From contig JAZLLK010000088.1 of the NCBI GenBank assembly GCA_045598105.1, positions 9,749-73,748 of the forward strand: a stretch of 64,000 bases of DNA, written 5' to 3'. Of this stretch, positions 45,771 through 54,298 are shown piece after piece. The position numbers and the translations under genes are program-made. Positions within the stretch are counted from its first letter, which is position 1; each line of letters begins with the position of its first letter. The notes beneath the pieces were generated by a model. That model was not told the DNA's origin. It searched no databases and saw nothing but the letters and a program-made list of their open reading frames with translations. This DNA comes from Bacteroidales bacterium. GTDB lineage: Bacteria > Bacteroidota > Bacteroidia > Bacteroidales > WCHB1-69.

Positions 45771-46517
45771 TTATATTACTTCAGCGTTTTCGGCTTCTAT
45801 CCAGCCTTTTTCATTGTTAGGAAATTTTACCTCTATCCATCCGGCCGTGTGGTCGGTAATGGTGGCTTTTATGCCTTCATGAACGGTAAAAAGACTGGTG
45901 CCGGAGGCATCGGGAGTGCTTTTTACTACCACACTCATGGCGGTAACTATTATTTTATTGCGGGCAAGGCTTTGCCGGTTGCTTATGCAGGCCAGCATTA
46001 TGGCGAAAATCATGAGTGTGCCGCATATTATTGATAATATCAAACCATGCATGCGCCATGATGCTGATTTACCTATGAGCACAAGCAGTATGCACAAACA
46101 GGTGAAAATGGCCATAATAATGGAACATACTGCCCAGCCGTTGGCTGAAAAAAGGTGTAATATGCTATTGGCCCACCTTTGTATAAGGAGGGGGTGAGTA
46201 TCGGTTTTGTCTATAATGTGCTCATTGGCAAAGGCTAAATTGTGTATAATATCTTCATTGGCAGGCGCCAGGCGGAGGGCACGTTCGTACCATAGTATGG
46301 ATAGGCCTATTTGGTCATTTTTATAGTAGGCATTGCCTAAATTATAGTATAGGTCGGCATCATGGTAGCCTTGGTTTACACATTGTGTATATAGGGCTAT
46401 GGCCTGCGTATATTGATGCTGATTATAGGCCTTGTTGGCTTGGGTAAAGGTGTTGGCCCTGGTATATATGGAGGCTATAAGCAGTGCTATGAACAAAAAA
46501 TAATTTTTTACTTTCAT
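45771..46517 (-). CDS. TPR plus TM plus SH3 domain protein (BatE-like)
   Basis: 248 aa with a signal peptide and TPR repeats (YYNLGNAYYKNDQ...). It also has two TM helices and a C-terminal bacterial SH3 (GWIEVKFPNNEKGWIEAENAEVI). No other bat genes are adjacent. Confidence 0.55.
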   Translation of the reverse strand: MKVKNYFLFIALLIASIYTRANTFTQANKAYNQHQYTQAIALYTQCVNQGYHDADLYYNLGNAYYKNDQIGLSILWYERALRLAPANEDIIHNLAFANEHIIDKTDTHPLLIQRWANSILHLFSANGWAVCSIIMAIFTCLCILLVLIGKSASWRMHGLILSIICGTLMIFAIMLACISNRQSLARNKIIVTAMSVVVKSTPDASGTSLFTVHEGIKATITDHTAGWIEVKFPNNEKGWIEAENAEVI

Positions 46518-47034
46518 TGTATGTATTATTAAATCATATTATATAACATAACGCATTACAGGTGCAGTTTATTTTATATGTAGGGTGAATATTGCTAATA
46601 AATTTTTTGGGGGGAGGTGTGCCGACCGATACCATGAGCAGAATAATGTATAATATGTGCGTGATAAATACTTTATATGTTGAATATGAGGAAAAACTAC
46701 ACATTACTTTTTTGTGCTCCGCACAAAAAAACGGAGCCTTATATAGGAAAACCAAGGGGGTAAGGAGCGGTAAAGATGGCGGATGGTGCGTGGTAGCCGG
46801 CTACTGCAGACGGTTCGTAGAACGAGTTCTCACACGAGTATTACATAATTGCATACATTTTGTATTATTTAGCATTATATAAGTGTATTTTATATGTAAT
46901 ATGTTGGTTATGTGTTTATAATTATTTCTATTATAGTTATATTGCTCTATAATGGAGCTACTGTATGTATTTACGGGGTATTTTACTAAGGTCGTATTTT
47001 TGCAAAGAAGGGGTGATTATTTTGTGCGGTAATA

Positions 47035-47068
47035 ATAAAAAAAGCTTTCCCATTACCATGGGAAAGCT
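47035..47068 (-). terminator. intrinsic terminator after the putative porin gene
   Basis: The 10-bp stem is aagctttccc/gggaaagctt with an 8-nt loop. A T-run follows on the minus strand. Confidence 0.75.
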
Positions 47069-47097
47069 TATATGAAATATTTTTGCGATAAACGTAA

Positions 47098-48876
47098 TTA
47101 TTTTTGTTTGCCTGCGGTTTCACCGCCAAAACTGTATTTTACGCCTATGAGGGCGTTAATACGGTGGTTAGGGTAGTCGTAATACACACGGTTTTGCTGG
47201 CAGGGGAAGTTATTCAGGTCGGCAAATATGGAGAATCGTTTGGACCATATATATTCAAATCCGAAGTCGAAGTCGAATATCGGTTTCATATTTTTGGCGT
47301 TTACCATGCCGGTAGTAATGTCTATATCAGGGCGGTAGGCAAATGCGCTAATATAGAAGTCAAGTTTGAATACAAACTTTTTCAGCAGTATATATCTGGC
47401 GTTGAATTGGACGGTGAGGGCAGGTTTGTACCATGGCTTGGTTACATTATTACTCAGCAGATACAGGTTGTAGTCCACGTTTACGCCCAGGGTGAGCATA
47501 TCGGCATATTTGTAATTAAGGTCAAAGTGAACGTTAAGCACATTGGATGTGGTGGTATCATCGGTGAGGGTGAAGGTATTCAGCATATTCACGGTGCTGT
47601 CGCGGAAGGTGAAAGTTTGGTTGCTGTCGGGCATATAGTAGGGCAGGCCTTCGTAGAAGGTGAAGGAGACGCCGGCGCCTATGGTGAGGCTGCGTGATAT
47701 GCCTGTTTGCAGGCCCAGGTATATGCGTGTTTTTTCGTTTATATTGTATATAGGCAGCACATTTGACAGGTAAGGATTTTCTCGCATCATGTCTGTCAGG
47801 CTGTTGTGTTTGAGTCCGCCATCTACCTTAAGGTATAGTGAGAATATATCAGGTACTATGGCCAGGCGGGCTTCTATATCGGGATATATGTAAAAGTTTA
47901 CCTGTCGGTAAGGTTCCATGCCGAGGGTGGCGTTAAATCCTATTTTAAAATAGTATTCTTTCCATTGCAGTGCTGCAAAGGGATTGAGATATACTTTCCA
48001 AAAGTCGGTGAGACGGGTGTTCATCCAGCGGTTATGTTGGTAATCCATACCCAGCAGGCCGCCCGCATTGATGTGGTCCAGTTTTTTTACCTTTATATTA
48101 TGATTAAGGCCGGCATCTATATTGAGCAGGTGCTCATAGGTTTGTTTGTTATTGTCGGCGGTAAAGTTGTAGCCTATGTGGTACCATTGGTTGAGTTTGT
48201 ATTCCTTAAGGGTGGCATTGTTTTCAAATATCACATCCGCAAAGGCATGGTGGTATTGGCGGCATATATCTTTACCTTTTATTTTCAGTTCGTCATTGGT
48301 ATCGGTTCTAAGGGCTTCAAATATGGTGTCGGGTTGGAATCCGTAGCAGTTGGCCAGCAGGTGTTCATATCCGGCTTGGGTGTATAGGGTATAGTTTTTG
48401 AAGAATTTTTGTCCTTGCAGTTGTACGCGGGTGTCGCTGAAGTTAGCGGGGGCGTAGGTTTTAATTTTTCCCCATGAGGAGTGGTGAAAAACTTTGGCAG
48501 CCAGCAAAAATTGTGTAGAGCGGAGGCTGTTGGCTTCAAAGTCGAGGTAGGGGGTAATGTAGTTGCCAAATCCCACTTTAAGGTAGTTCCTATACAGGCG
48601 GGCTATCATATCTTTGCCTACTTTAGGGGCATTAATAGGTTCGGGAGGCAGGCAGTAGCTGTACACAGGCGATTCTACCTGATAGTTTACTTCCTGTATA
48701 TTTTTGGAGGTATCTTTTATTTCGGCTTTGGTATCTATTTTTTTCTGTGCGTCGCTTATGGTGGGGCTAAAGTTGGAGTTTACCACCACATCGTATTGTG
48801 ACTGTGCAAATAGTTGAATATTCAAAAGAATGCATAACGATGTAAGTATTGTTTTCCAATTACCTGTTGCTTTCAT
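47098..48876 (-). CDS. large outer-membrane beta-barrel (putative porin family)
   Basis: The start is trimmed to MKATGNWKTILTSLCILLNIQLFAQ, 13 nt after the upstream TPR gene stop. About 590 aa of alternating beta-strand pattern. Confidence 0.55.
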   Translation of the reverse strand: MKATGNWKTILTSLCILLNIQLFAQSQYDVVVNSNFSPTISDAQKKIDTKAEIKDTSKNIQEVNYQVESPVYSYCLPPEPINAPKVGKDMIARLYRNYLKVGFGNYITPYLDFEANSLRSTQFLLAAKVFHHSSWGKIKTYAPANFSDTRVQLQGQKFFKNYTLYTQAGYEHLLANCYGFQPDTIFEALRTDTNDELKIKGKDICRQYHHAFADVIFENNATLKEYKLNQWYHIGYNFTADNNKQTYEHLLNIDAGLNHNIKVKKLDHINAGGLLGMDYQHNRWMNTRLTDFWKVYLNPFAALQWKEYYFKIGFNATLGMEPYRQVNFYIYPDIEARLAIVPDIFSLYLKVDGGLKHNSLTDMMRENPYLSNVLPIYNINEKTRIYLGLQTGISRSLTIGAGVSFTFYEGLPYYMPDSNQTFTFRDSTVNMLNTFTLTDDTTTSNVLNVHFDLNYKYADMLTLGVNVDYNLYLLSNNVTKPWYKPALTVQFNARYILLKKFVFKLDFYISAFAYRPDIDITTGMVNAKNMKPIFDFDFGFEYIWSKRFSIFADLNNFPCQQNRVYYDYPNHRINALIGVKYSFGGETAGKQK

Positions 48877-48889
48877 ATTCCTGTATATA

Positions 48890-51800
48890 TTATTCTTCCG
48901 ATTCATTTTCTGTAGGGGTATTTGATTGTTTTTGAGCTTCTTCTGCGGCAATAATGGTGTTATATTTATTGGAGGCTATGGTTTTAAGGTCTTCACCGTC
49001 GTAGTTTTCCATAATGCTCAGGTAGGTATATTTAGCCTGGAAGCTATTGCCTTTTTGCAGGTAAACATCGCCAAGGAGTATGTATGATTTGGCCAGCCAA
49101 TAGTCGTGGGTAATATTCACCAGCATATCAAATATATGTTTTTCGGTAGCGTCAAGGTCGCCGCCAAGGTATTGAATATAGGCCAGGTAGTACAAGGCTT
49201 CGGAGGCGGCTTCGCCTTTGCTTATTTCAGATAGGGTGGAGTAGTGTGTTTTTGCCAATGTAAGGCTATCGGTAGCCATAGCGGAGCGGGCTATGATGAG
49301 GTGTGCTGTTTCGTTGAGTTTTACATCCGCTTTATCGTCCTGTAGTATCAGTTGTGCTGCCTGTATAGCCTGCGGGTATTGGTTCAGGTAATATTGACAC
49401 ATCATTTCGCCTTGCAGAGCTTCGGTTTTTTGTGAGGCAAGGGTGGCACATGAACTCATGGTAAGGTAGTATTCAAGGGCCTTGCCGTAGTTGCTGTCGC
49501 GGTAGCATATATCAGCGGCATAGTGCAGGGCGGGAAGTTTAAATTCCAGGTCGTTTTCGTGGTCTATTACGTATTGGTAGGCGGGCAGGGCCTGTGCAAA
49601 GTCATTGCGGCGTATGGCGCATTCGCCTTTATAGAATTGAGCTTTGTTAATGAACACGCCTTGTGGAAATCGCTGTATATATTGGTTAAATCCGTTTTCG
49701 GCGTCTATAAAGTTGCTGTTGAAATATTTGTCGGAGGCGGCGCTATACATTATGGAGTCCTGGTAGCTTACTGTTATTTTTTCGGATGACACGCTGCGTA
49801 TATAGTTGAAGAAGTCGTCCACATTGCCATTGGCTACGTATATATTTTCTATGCTTTTGAGGGCGGTGCCGGCTTCTTCGCTATTGGGGTAGTCCTTAAT
49901 AAGACGTTTGTAGGCTTTTATGGCTTCTTCATCACGTTCGGTATTATAGTATATGGAGCCTGTTTTGAGCAAGGCTGTTTTCACCAGAGGGTTGTTGGGA
50001 TTGTTGTTTATGAATTGCTCAAAGGCATTCAGGGCCGATTGGTTATTGCCGGCGTTGGCGTAGTTAAGGGCTATTTCGTATTGTGCATCTGACAGGTAGG
50101 AGGAGTGCGGGTAGTCGGTAACCAGCTGTTGCATGGTTTTATTTTTGGCATCATAGCGGCTAAGTCCGCCTTCGGATTGGGCTTTTTGGAACAAGGCATA
50201 GTCCACATCGTATATATTAAGCATTACTACTTTATTGTAGTAGTCTATGGCTGTTTCCAGGTCAGAAAGCATAAAGTGGCAGTCGCCTATTCTGTTATTG
50301 GCGTCGGCTATCATTTTTTTATTGCTCACCTGCTTTTCCTGTCCGAGAAAATTATTGAAGTATTTAATGGCGGAGGCATATTTTTTCTGTTTGAATTCGG
50401 CGTATCCCAGGTTGTAGAAACTTAACGGGTATTCGGCTACGTTAACGGCTTGGGCGGTATTGAGAAATATATTGTATCGCTGTGAGGCGGTGGCGTAGTT
50501 GCCTTGTTGGCAGGCTATTTCGGCTTTCCAAAAGAGGGCTTGAGAGTAGGTGGGTGCATCATAGTTATTGGCAAGTGAAGTGTTGAGGTATTTTTCGGCT
50601 TCTTCCAGGTTGTTGTCATTATAGAATTCCAATGCTCTAAAGTAGGTAACTCTTTGATATGCACGCAGTAGTACAACGCTTTTGTTTTCTATTTTTTCCA
50701 AAGAGGTTATGGCTGCCTTATAGTTACGGGTGGTAAGGTAAATGGAGGAGAGGAAACTTTCGGCTTCATTTTTGCGTGGCGACTGAGGGTATTCGTTTAA
50801 ATATTTTTCAAAAGAGGCTATGGCGCCCACAAAAGGATTGCTGCATAGTTCGTATTGCAGCTTGGAATAATTATAAAGGGCGTCTTCTTTTATTTGTTCA
50901 TTCAGCCCTTTGTCGTATGCCATAAGAAAAGAGCGTGAAGCAAATTCTTTTTCCCCTGTTTTAAGGTAGCAGTCTGCAAGGGTGTATTGGGCATATTGGT
51001 TCATGCTGTCGTTATCACATACCGAGCGGGTGAGCAGGGGTATGGCTTGGGTGTATTGTTGTATTTGATAGCAGCTGTAGCCGGCCATGTAGTATATTTC
51101 ACATTCTACGGGCTCGGTATTGGTGTTAATGTAGGTGGTAAAGTAGGGAATAGCCTCACTATATTGTTGTAGCTGAAAGTAGGATTGGGCTATAAGTCCG
51201 TTTATTTCCGGCAGACGTTTGCTGCTGCTTTTTTGCAGCAATTCATCCTTTTGGGCTGTTATTTCACTATATTGCCCGGTATTGAAATATATGTGTGATA
51301 TGTAGAAAGGTACTATGGATGAGTAAGTATCTTCATTTTTAAGTTGGTTAAACCCTGTAAGGGCGGCATTGTATTTTTCTTCAGTGTAAAGTATGTGTGA
51401 GTAGTAGAAGGTAGCTTTGTTTTTATAGGCATTGTCGCTTTGCATTACTTCAGCAAGCAGAGGTTTGGCGGTGTTATAGTCCTCTTGCAGAAAGTAGCAA
51501 TAGCCTGTTTTGAACTTATAAGCCGACAACTCTTCTTCGGTGAGTATTTTGGTGCTTATTTTGGTGTATTCGGTGAGGGCTTTTTTGTATTGTTTTTTGG
51601 TGAAATAATATTCTCCCAGTGTGAACCATACCCTGTCCTTGTGCATATATTCCGGATATTGAGCGGCAAAATCATAGGCCAGCTTGGGGGCGTCTTCATT
51701 GCATAGCATGGCCGCACATAGTGCCATGTGATACAGGGAAGATTGTTTTCGGGTGTCAAAGGGATCGGTAATTTTGTTATACACTTCTGAAAACAATGTT

Positions 51801-51958
51801 TTGGCAGAGCCATATTGTTGCATTTCAAATAGTTCTTCTGCCCTCATGTATTCATGCTCCGGAGAGTGATATTTGCGTGAAGGTTGGGCCGATGAAACCC
51901 CAATATTGAGTGTTATAGTAGTGATAATTAACCATTTAAAAATTTTGCCTGCTTTCAT
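48890..51958 (-). CDS. tetratricopeptide-repeat protein, secreted
   Basis: 1022 aa with a signal peptide and more than 15 TPR-like A..Y...G.Y..A repeats throughout. Confidence 0.75.
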   Translation of the reverse strand: MKAGKIFKWLIITTITLNIGVSSAQPSRKYHSPEHEYMRAEELFEMQQYGSAKTLFSEVYNKITDPFDTRKQSSLYHMALCAAMLCNEDAPKLAYDFAAQYPEYMHKDRVWFTLGEYYFTKKQYKKALTEYTKISTKILTEEELSAYKFKTGYCYFLQEDYNTAKPLLAEVMQSDNAYKNKATFYYSHILYTEEKYNAALTGFNQLKNEDTYSSIVPFYISHIYFNTGQYSEITAQKDELLQKSSSKRLPEINGLIAQSYFQLQQYSEAIPYFTTYINTNTEPVECEIYYMAGYSCYQIQQYTQAIPLLTRSVCDNDSMNQYAQYTLADCYLKTGEKEFASRSFLMAYDKGLNEQIKEDALYNYSKLQYELCSNPFVGAIASFEKYLNEYPQSPRKNEAESFLSSIYLTTRNYKAAITSLEKIENKSVVLLRAYQRVTYFRALEFYNDNNLEEAEKYLNTSLANNYDAPTYSQALFWKAEIACQQGNYATASQRYNIFLNTAQAVNVAEYPLSFYNLGYAEFKQKKYASAIKYFNNFLGQEKQVSNKKMIADANNRIGDCHFMLSDLETAIDYYNKVVMLNIYDVDYALFQKAQSEGGLSRYDAKNKTMQQLVTDYPHSSYLSDAQYEIALNYANAGNNQSALNAFEQFINNNPNNPLVKTALLKTGSIYYNTERDEEAIKAYKRLIKDYPNSEEAGTALKSIENIYVANGNVDDFFNYIRSVSSEKITVSYQDSIMYSAASDKYFNSNFIDAENGFNQYIQRFPQGVFINKAQFYKGECAIRRNDFAQALPAYQYVIDHENDLEFKLPALHYAADICYRDSNYGKALEYYLTMSSCATLASQKTEALQGEMMCQYYLNQYPQAIQAAQLILQDDKADVKLNETAHLIIARSAMATDSLTLAKTHYSTLSEISKGEAASEALYYLAYIQYLGGDLDATEKHIFDMLVNITHDYWLAKSYILLGDVYLQKGNSFQAKYTYLSIMENYDGEDLKTIASNKYNTIIAAEEAQKQSNTPTENESEE

Positions 51959-52114
51959 TTCTTATCCAACTTATTAAAGATAAAATACAAATACAAAAAT
52001 AAGATTCCCTTAGGTATGAAAAAGCAAAAAAATGATTACTTATTAACATATTTTTTTTCATAATAACGTTAAGTACAAGAAGGAAAAAATGAGGAAATAA
52101 ACAAAAAAATGTTG

Positions 52115-52122
52115 TACATTTG
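52115..52122 (+). promoter_or_regulatory. -7 box for the LRR protein gene
   Basis: tgTACATTTGca, 35 nt upstream of the ATG. Confidence 0.5.
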
Positions 52123-52157
52123 CATGCTGAAATAATGATTGTAAATAGTGGCATAAT

Positions 52158-52757
52158 ATGATAAGAAGGTGGTGTATAGCGTGCTTATGTATGTTGAATA
52201 TTGCGGTGCAGGCACAGTTGCTTGACTCGGTGCAGCTGAGCAGTAAGCCATTGTACATGAGTATGGATGACGCTGATACAGCGGCGAATGAGGTGTATAG
52301 GTTGCGGTTAAAGCGTAAGTTGCCGGCTGATTTTGCTGCAAGGGTGCAGGCGTACACGCATTTGCAGGAATTGCATTTGGTGAGTATGCGTTTGCAGGAT
52401 ATACCCGAAGCTGTGTATCACATTTCCACACTTACTCACTTAGATGTATCGAATAATAAAATAGAGCATTTATCGCCGCAAATACGGTGTTTGGAGCATT
52501 TGGAGGTGCTTGTTATTAATAGAAATTACCTGCAGGGCTTGCCTAAAGAGATACAATATATGGAGCATTTAAGGTATTTGGATATGTGGTCGAATATGAT
52601 TATGGAGTTTCCTGAGGAAATAGTGGCGTTAGAACATACTTTAAAAGTAATAGACATGAGGGTAATAAATATGAGTGACGCCCGTAAGGCTGCCATGCAG
52701 GCTTTATTGCCCCGCACGGTTTTTTACTTTTCTCCGTCGTGCAGTTGCAAGTATTAG
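52158..52757 (+). CDS. leucine-rich repeat protein, secreted
   Basis: 199 aa with signal MIRRWCIACLCMLNIAVQAQ and LxxLxLxxNxL units (LTHLDVSNNKIEHL, LEVLVINRNYLQGL, LRYLDMWSNMI). Confidence 0.75.
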   Translation: MIRRWCIACLCMLNIAVQAQLLDSVQLSSKPLYMSMDDADTAANEVYRLRLKRKLPADFAARVQAYTHLQELHLVSMRLQDIPEAVYHISTLTHLDVSNNKIEHLSPQIRCLEHLEVLVINRNYLQGLPKEIQYMEHLRYLDMWSNMIMEFPEEIVALEHTLKVIDMRVINMSDARKAAMQALLPRTVFYFSPSCSCKY

Positions 52758-52927
52758 CAGGTTTGCTTCCAAAAATGAAGCAAAAAAAGTGTTAGTAAGT
52801 GGTGAAGTAGTGTGAAAACGTTTGCCTATATGTTGTAATATTAAACTGTATGTTGTTGATAATCAGTTGCTGTAAAAAAAATAATAAAAAAAACAGCCAA
52901 TATGGTCTATATGTGAAAAAAAAATGC

Positions 52928-52935
52928 TACCTTTG
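52928..52935 (+). promoter_or_regulatory. -7 box for tRNA-Val
   Basis: gcTACCTTTGca, 16 nt upstream of the mature tRNA 5' end. Confidence 0.6.
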
Positions 52936-52951
52936 CATTCGCAAACAGCAG

Positions 52952-53026
52952 GGGAGTTTAGCTCAGCTGGTTTAGAGCATCTGCCTTACAAGCAGAGGGT
53001 CAGTGGTTCGAATCCACTAACTCCCA
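52952..53026 (+). tRNA. tRNA-Val (anticodon TAC)
   Basis: Manual cloverleaf. Acceptor stem gggagtt/aactccc, D stem gctc/gagc, anticodon stem tctgc/gcaga with loop cTTACAa. Variable loop gggtc, T arm agtgg-ttcgaat-ccact, discriminator A, no encoded CCA. Confidence 0.9.
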
Positions 53027-53033
53027 CAGAATA

Positions 53034-53062
53034 AAGCACCTACATTAGCAGGTGCTTTTTTT
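53034..53062 (+). terminator. intrinsic terminator after tRNA-Val
   Basis: The stem is aagcacct/aggtgctt with loop acattagc, followed by a T-run. Confidence 0.8.
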
Positions 53063-53118
53063 ATTAAGTATATGTAATTTTTGAGGTGAAAAGTGTAACA
53101 CGGATAGCCGGAGGGAAA

Positions 53119-53154
53119 TAAAAAAAAGATTGCGATACACGCAATCTTTTTTTT
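53119..53154. terminator. bidirectional terminator downstream of manA
   Basis: The stem is agattgcg/cgcaatct with loop ataca, flanked by A8 and T8. Confidence 0.75.
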
Positions 53155-53183
53155 ATGTATATACTTTTCTTTTTTGGCGGGAG

Positions 53184-54161
53184 TTAGGGTATAAATACTT
53201 CCAGCAGTTTGCAGTGGGGTTCCGGCACCAGTACGGCTTCGTCCAGGCAGGCGGGCATGAGTACGCATTCGCCTTGGTGTAGGCATTCTTCACCGCCTTC
53301 GTAGCGTATATCGGCATGGCCTTCAAGGCATATGTATATTACAAATGAGTCCATGTCGGTGTATATTTTTTCCACCAAGGTGTCAAATTGTAATACGTTG
53401 GTGGCAAAATAGGGGCTGCGTACCAGTTGCACAGTTCTGTTAAGGGTGGGGGTATAATTCACCGGTGTGTTAAAGTCTGTATTAAAATGCATAGCTTCGC
53501 AGGCTTCATGTATATGCAGGGGTCTAAGCTTACCTTGGGCATCTTTACGGTTATAGTCGTACAGGCGGAAGGTGGTATCACAGCATTGCTGAATTTCGGC
53601 TATGAGTGTCCCTTTGCATATGGCGTGCACTTTACCGGCAGGTATGTAGAAGGTATCGCCGGCTTTTACAGGCATGTAGTTAAGGTGTTCTTCCAGAGTG
53701 CCGTTTTGTATGGAATCGAATAGTTGCTGTTTATTCAGGGGCTTATTAAAGCCTACGTTAATGCGGGCGTGAGGGTCGGCATCCATTACGTACCACATTT
53801 CGGTTTTGCCCGAGTCCAGCTTATGGGCAGCGGCGTATTCGTCATCGGGGTGAACCTGTACCGACAGGTCTGCCAATGCATCTATAAATTTAATAAGCAA
53901 AGGAAAGGTATTGCCGTAGCGGTCAAATATTTTTTCACCTACCATGTCCCCCATGTATATTTCCACCAGTTCGTTCAGGGTGTTTCCTGCCAAAAAGCCG
54001 TTGATGACCTCGCTGCTGTTAGGTTCCAGCCCTGATATTTCCCATGTTTCGCCGCAGTTATGCAGCGGGGCAAAATTTTTACCCAATAGGGTGTGTATTT
54101 TTTGTCCGCCCCATATTTTTTCTTTGTATTCGGTTTTGAATTTTAAAGGATATAATTCCAT
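53184..54161 (-). CDS. manA: class I mannose-6-phosphate isomerase
   Basis: The start is trimmed to MELYPLKFKTEYKEKIWGG. It has ETWEISG, SVQVHPDD and the cupin-type motif AGDTFYIPAGKVHA. Confidence 0.85.
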   Translation of the reverse strand: MELYPLKFKTEYKEKIWGGQKIHTLLGKNFAPLHNCGETWEISGLEPNSSEVINGFLAGNTLNELVEIYMGDMVGEKIFDRYGNTFPLLIKFIDALADLSVQVHPDDEYAAAHKLDSGKTEMWYVMDADPHARINVGFNKPLNKQQLFDSIQNGTLEEHLNYMPVKAGDTFYIPAGKVHAICKGTLIAEIQQCCDTTFRLYDYNRKDAQGKLRPLHIHEACEAMHFNTDFNTPVNYTPTLNRTVQLVRSPYFATNVLQFDTLVEKIYTDMDSFVIYICLEGHADIRYEGGEECLHQGECVLMPACLDEAVLVPEPHCKLLEVFIP

Positions 54162-54187
54162 ACGTACATTATATATATAATAATATG

Positions 54188-54195
54188 CAAAGGTA
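54188..54195 (-). promoter_or_regulatory. -7 box for manA
   Basis: The reverse complement is TACCTTTG, 26 nt upstream of the start. Confidence 0.55.
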
Positions 54196-54298
54196 GCATT
54201 TTTTATACATACAGCCTTAGGGCGGCTGTAAAAAAAAGTGATTAACCCCATAATGGAAGTTAATCACTTTAGTATATGTAGTATAAGATAGTAATTGG

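Noticed and set aside
46995-47084. Plus-strand TATTTTTG boxes at 46995-47002 and 47077-47084 that could be orphan promoters driving antisense RNA into the porin gene.
   Set aside because: TAnnTTTG is short and is expected by chance many times in AT-rich DNA. No downstream plus-strand gene or structure supports these two.
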